Source: Patellaria atrata CBS 101060
Taxonomy: Eukaryota
Assembly (NCBI GenBank): GCA_010093705.1
Contig: MU006090.1
Location: 2,162,022 to 2,226,021 of the forward strand
Direction of reading: 5' to 3'
DNA: 64,000 nt
Position numbers and translations under genes: made by a program. How positions within the stretch are numbered: position 1 is the first letter of the stretch; each line of letters starts with the position of its first letter. Under the pieces are notes generated by a model, which was not told the origin of the DNA, made no database searches, and saw only the letters and a program-made list of their open reading frames with translations. This document shows, in pieces, positions 61,595-64,000 of this stretch.

Positions 61595-63301
61595 ATGGTG
61601 TCGTTGAGAAACAGCATGGAATGGGAGTACGAGATACCCTTTAAGGTACACTACTGTGGATAGGACGCCCCCCTTCCTGTCTAATGTCTTTTCACGTATT
61701 ATAGCTCAAGGATCCTAGCCTTCTTCGTCAGAGATCTTACGTGGATGGTGAATGGGTAGATGCTCAATCAGGAAAATGCTTCGACGTGATTGGTCAGTCC
61801 TTGATACCCATTTCCAGAATACAACCACATACGAACCGTTCCTCACTTCTTGACTTGACCTTGCAGACCCGGGCACCGGGAAACATTGGGCATCTGTAGC
61901 CGACAACGATCCTTCTGATGTGAACGCTGCGGTGGAATCATCCTATGCCGCATTCCAAACCTATCGTCGAATAAACCCGAAAATCCGGGCGAAGCTCCTT
62001 CTCAGATGGAATGATCTCATTACCGAAGCGAAAGAGGATATTGCCAGAATCGTAACCTATGAGACCGGCAAACCCCTTGCGGAATCCCTCGCTGAGGTTG
62101 ACTACGCTCTAGGATTTACCTGGTTTTTCACGGGTGAAGCAGAACGGATTCACGGGACGGTTTCAGTACCTTCAGCACCAAATCGACGCAATTTCACGGT
62201 GAAGCAACCGATAGGTGTTGCTGTTGCGCTGGTTCCTTGGAACTTTCCCGTAGCCATGATATTGAGGAAGGCAGGGGCAGCATTAGCAGCAGGATGTACT
62301 ATGGTGATCAAGCCTAGTCCTGAAACGCCCTTGTCAGTGCTCGCACTTGTGCATCTCGCTTCTAGAGCTGGGTTCGAGAAAGGCGTTTTGAACGTGCTGA
62401 CGACAAGTTTGGAGAATACCCCAGCGTTGAGTGAGGCGCTCTGTAAGCATCCGCTGGTTTCAAAGGTAACGTTCACCGGAAGTACGAAGGTGGGAAAACT
62501 GATTGCTAGACATTGTTCCGAAGGGTTGAAGAAGGTGACGCTGGAGCTCGGCGGGAATTGTCCATTTCTTATCTTCGACGATGCGAATTTGAAACAGTCG
62601 GTGGACGCGTTGATAGCATTGAAGTGGAGGCATGCAGGTCAGGCATGTATCACCGCAAACAGGGTATATATCCAAAAAGGGGTGTTTGGCCAGGTGGAGC
62701 AGATGCTCATAGATGAGACGAGAAAGATTAAAGTCGGGCATGGGATTGAAACTGAAACTACCATGGGACCAGTTACGACGCCTAGGGGTATTGAAAAGGT
62801 GGAATGTCAGATTAAAGACGCACAGAAGCATGGCGGGACGGTCTTGACAGGAGGAAAGAAACCATATGGGTTACCGGGGTACTTTTTCGAGCCGACAATA
62901 ATCAGCAACATGAAGCCGGAGATGCTGATTTCGAGAGAAGAGACTTTCGGGCCTATTCTTTCACTATATAAATTCGAGACTGAGGATGAGGTGGTTGACC
63001 TAGCGAACAAAACTAGCATGGGTCTTGCAAGTTATTTCTTCACCAAGGACGTTGATCGTACCTGGCGGCTACTGGAAAATCTTGAAGCGGGAATGGTGGG
63101 TATGAATACCGGTATTTTCTTTTCTCCACACTCTCCTCCTTCTGCACTAAAACTTGTGCTCTAGGCCCGATGTCAGCCGCTGAATCACCATTTGGAGGTA
63201 TCAAGGAGTCTGGTTATGGAAAGGAATCTGGCAAAGACGTTGCGGTAGATGCTTATCTCATCACGAAGACTGGAACTATGACGCTTGAGGGACAGTACTG
63301 A
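61595..63301 (+). CDS. Succinate-semialdehyde dehydrogenase (NAD(P)+); exons 61595-61645, 61705-61792, 61867-63111, 63165-63301
   Basis: PWNFP, FTGST, LELGGN, AGQAC, EETFGP and SPFGGIKESGYG motifs. Alternative ATG at 61616. Confidence 0.9.
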
Positions 63302-64000
63302 AATATTACATATCTTTCTACTTTGTGAACTTTTGCTCGTTTGCATAATCAACCCTTCCTTGAACCAACATCTAAGACTTAGGTGTGAATGTAATGAGAT
63401 ATGCAGCGCGCAAAGGATGGGCAGTTTTGACAGGGTGAAGATGATATAATTATACAAACTAAATGAGATCTAAACCTTTCAAAATAGCTCGTCCGCCTTG
63501 GATTTTATATCACAAAGGGGTAAGTCTAACCAAGAAAGAACCAGCTCGGCTCTAGTTCTAACTGGTTCTAGCTCTAAATGAATAAAGCTAAGAGTTAACT
63601 TCTTAGGTAAGCCTTAAGCCTTCCGTCTGACCGTCTCAAACTCTCAATTGACTTTGAACTTCATCTTTGTAGATCTCTCATGGGAGATCAGTTTTCTACT
63701 CGTACTGTACAGAGGACAGCTTTGATATACTGTACCGGGATTTAACTACCAGTCTCTTGACTCCACTTACTGGACCGTGGCTATACACTTGCAGTAGAGC
63801 CAATCACTAGAACTAAGTACTGTATGCTAGTTCTACACTCACATCCTCGTGAAAGGGATTCCTCCTGCTGTCTTGCAGCATGTTCCTCAACTCCCACGAT
63901 TAGCATTCCTTCTTTCTTCCTTCCGTGCCATCACTCTAGGATATATTAGGATCTAGGAATATATCAACGAGGAATATCCTGCACTACATCCCCCACGATA

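Noticed and set aside
1..64000. Numerous 60-200 aa ORFs antisense to or overlapping real genes, and short intergenic ORFs (e.g. 13629, 35080, 42950, 45692)
   Set aside because: Shadow ORFs with no recognisable motifs; many start at non-ATG codons.

Overview
Gene-dense window from a filamentous ascomycete (Pezizomycotina-type short GT-AG introns with CTAAC/CTGAC branch sites). It holds about 18 intact housekeeping genes: MSH5 5' part, HSP78, EF-1beta with an intronic U18/snR18-like snoRNA, GPATCH1-like, KIN1, FYV6-like, aldo-keto reductase, THOC3/TEX1, HIR1, JmjC, MCH1-like MFS, GNT1-like GT8, 2-hydroxyacid dehydrogenase, His-phosphatase-like, AlaX, an MFS, a VPS9-ankyrin-PX protein, PI-PLC and SSADH. 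It also holds a full-length pogo/Fot1 transposon in AT-rich repeat relics and five pseudogenes, many of them broken by C>T/G>A stop codons. The most striking observation is a tRNA-Trp(CCA) gene (55142-55278, minus strand). Besides its normal anticodon-loop intron it carries a 53-nt insert in the D-stem with full spliceosomal signals (GTATGT...ACTAAC...TAG), and precise removal of that insert restores the cloverleaf. The second is an apparently non-coding, intron-packed locus of about 2.7 kb (39.7-42.5 kb) with long-range complementary intronic elements. All calls come from reading the sequence by eye; no searches were run.
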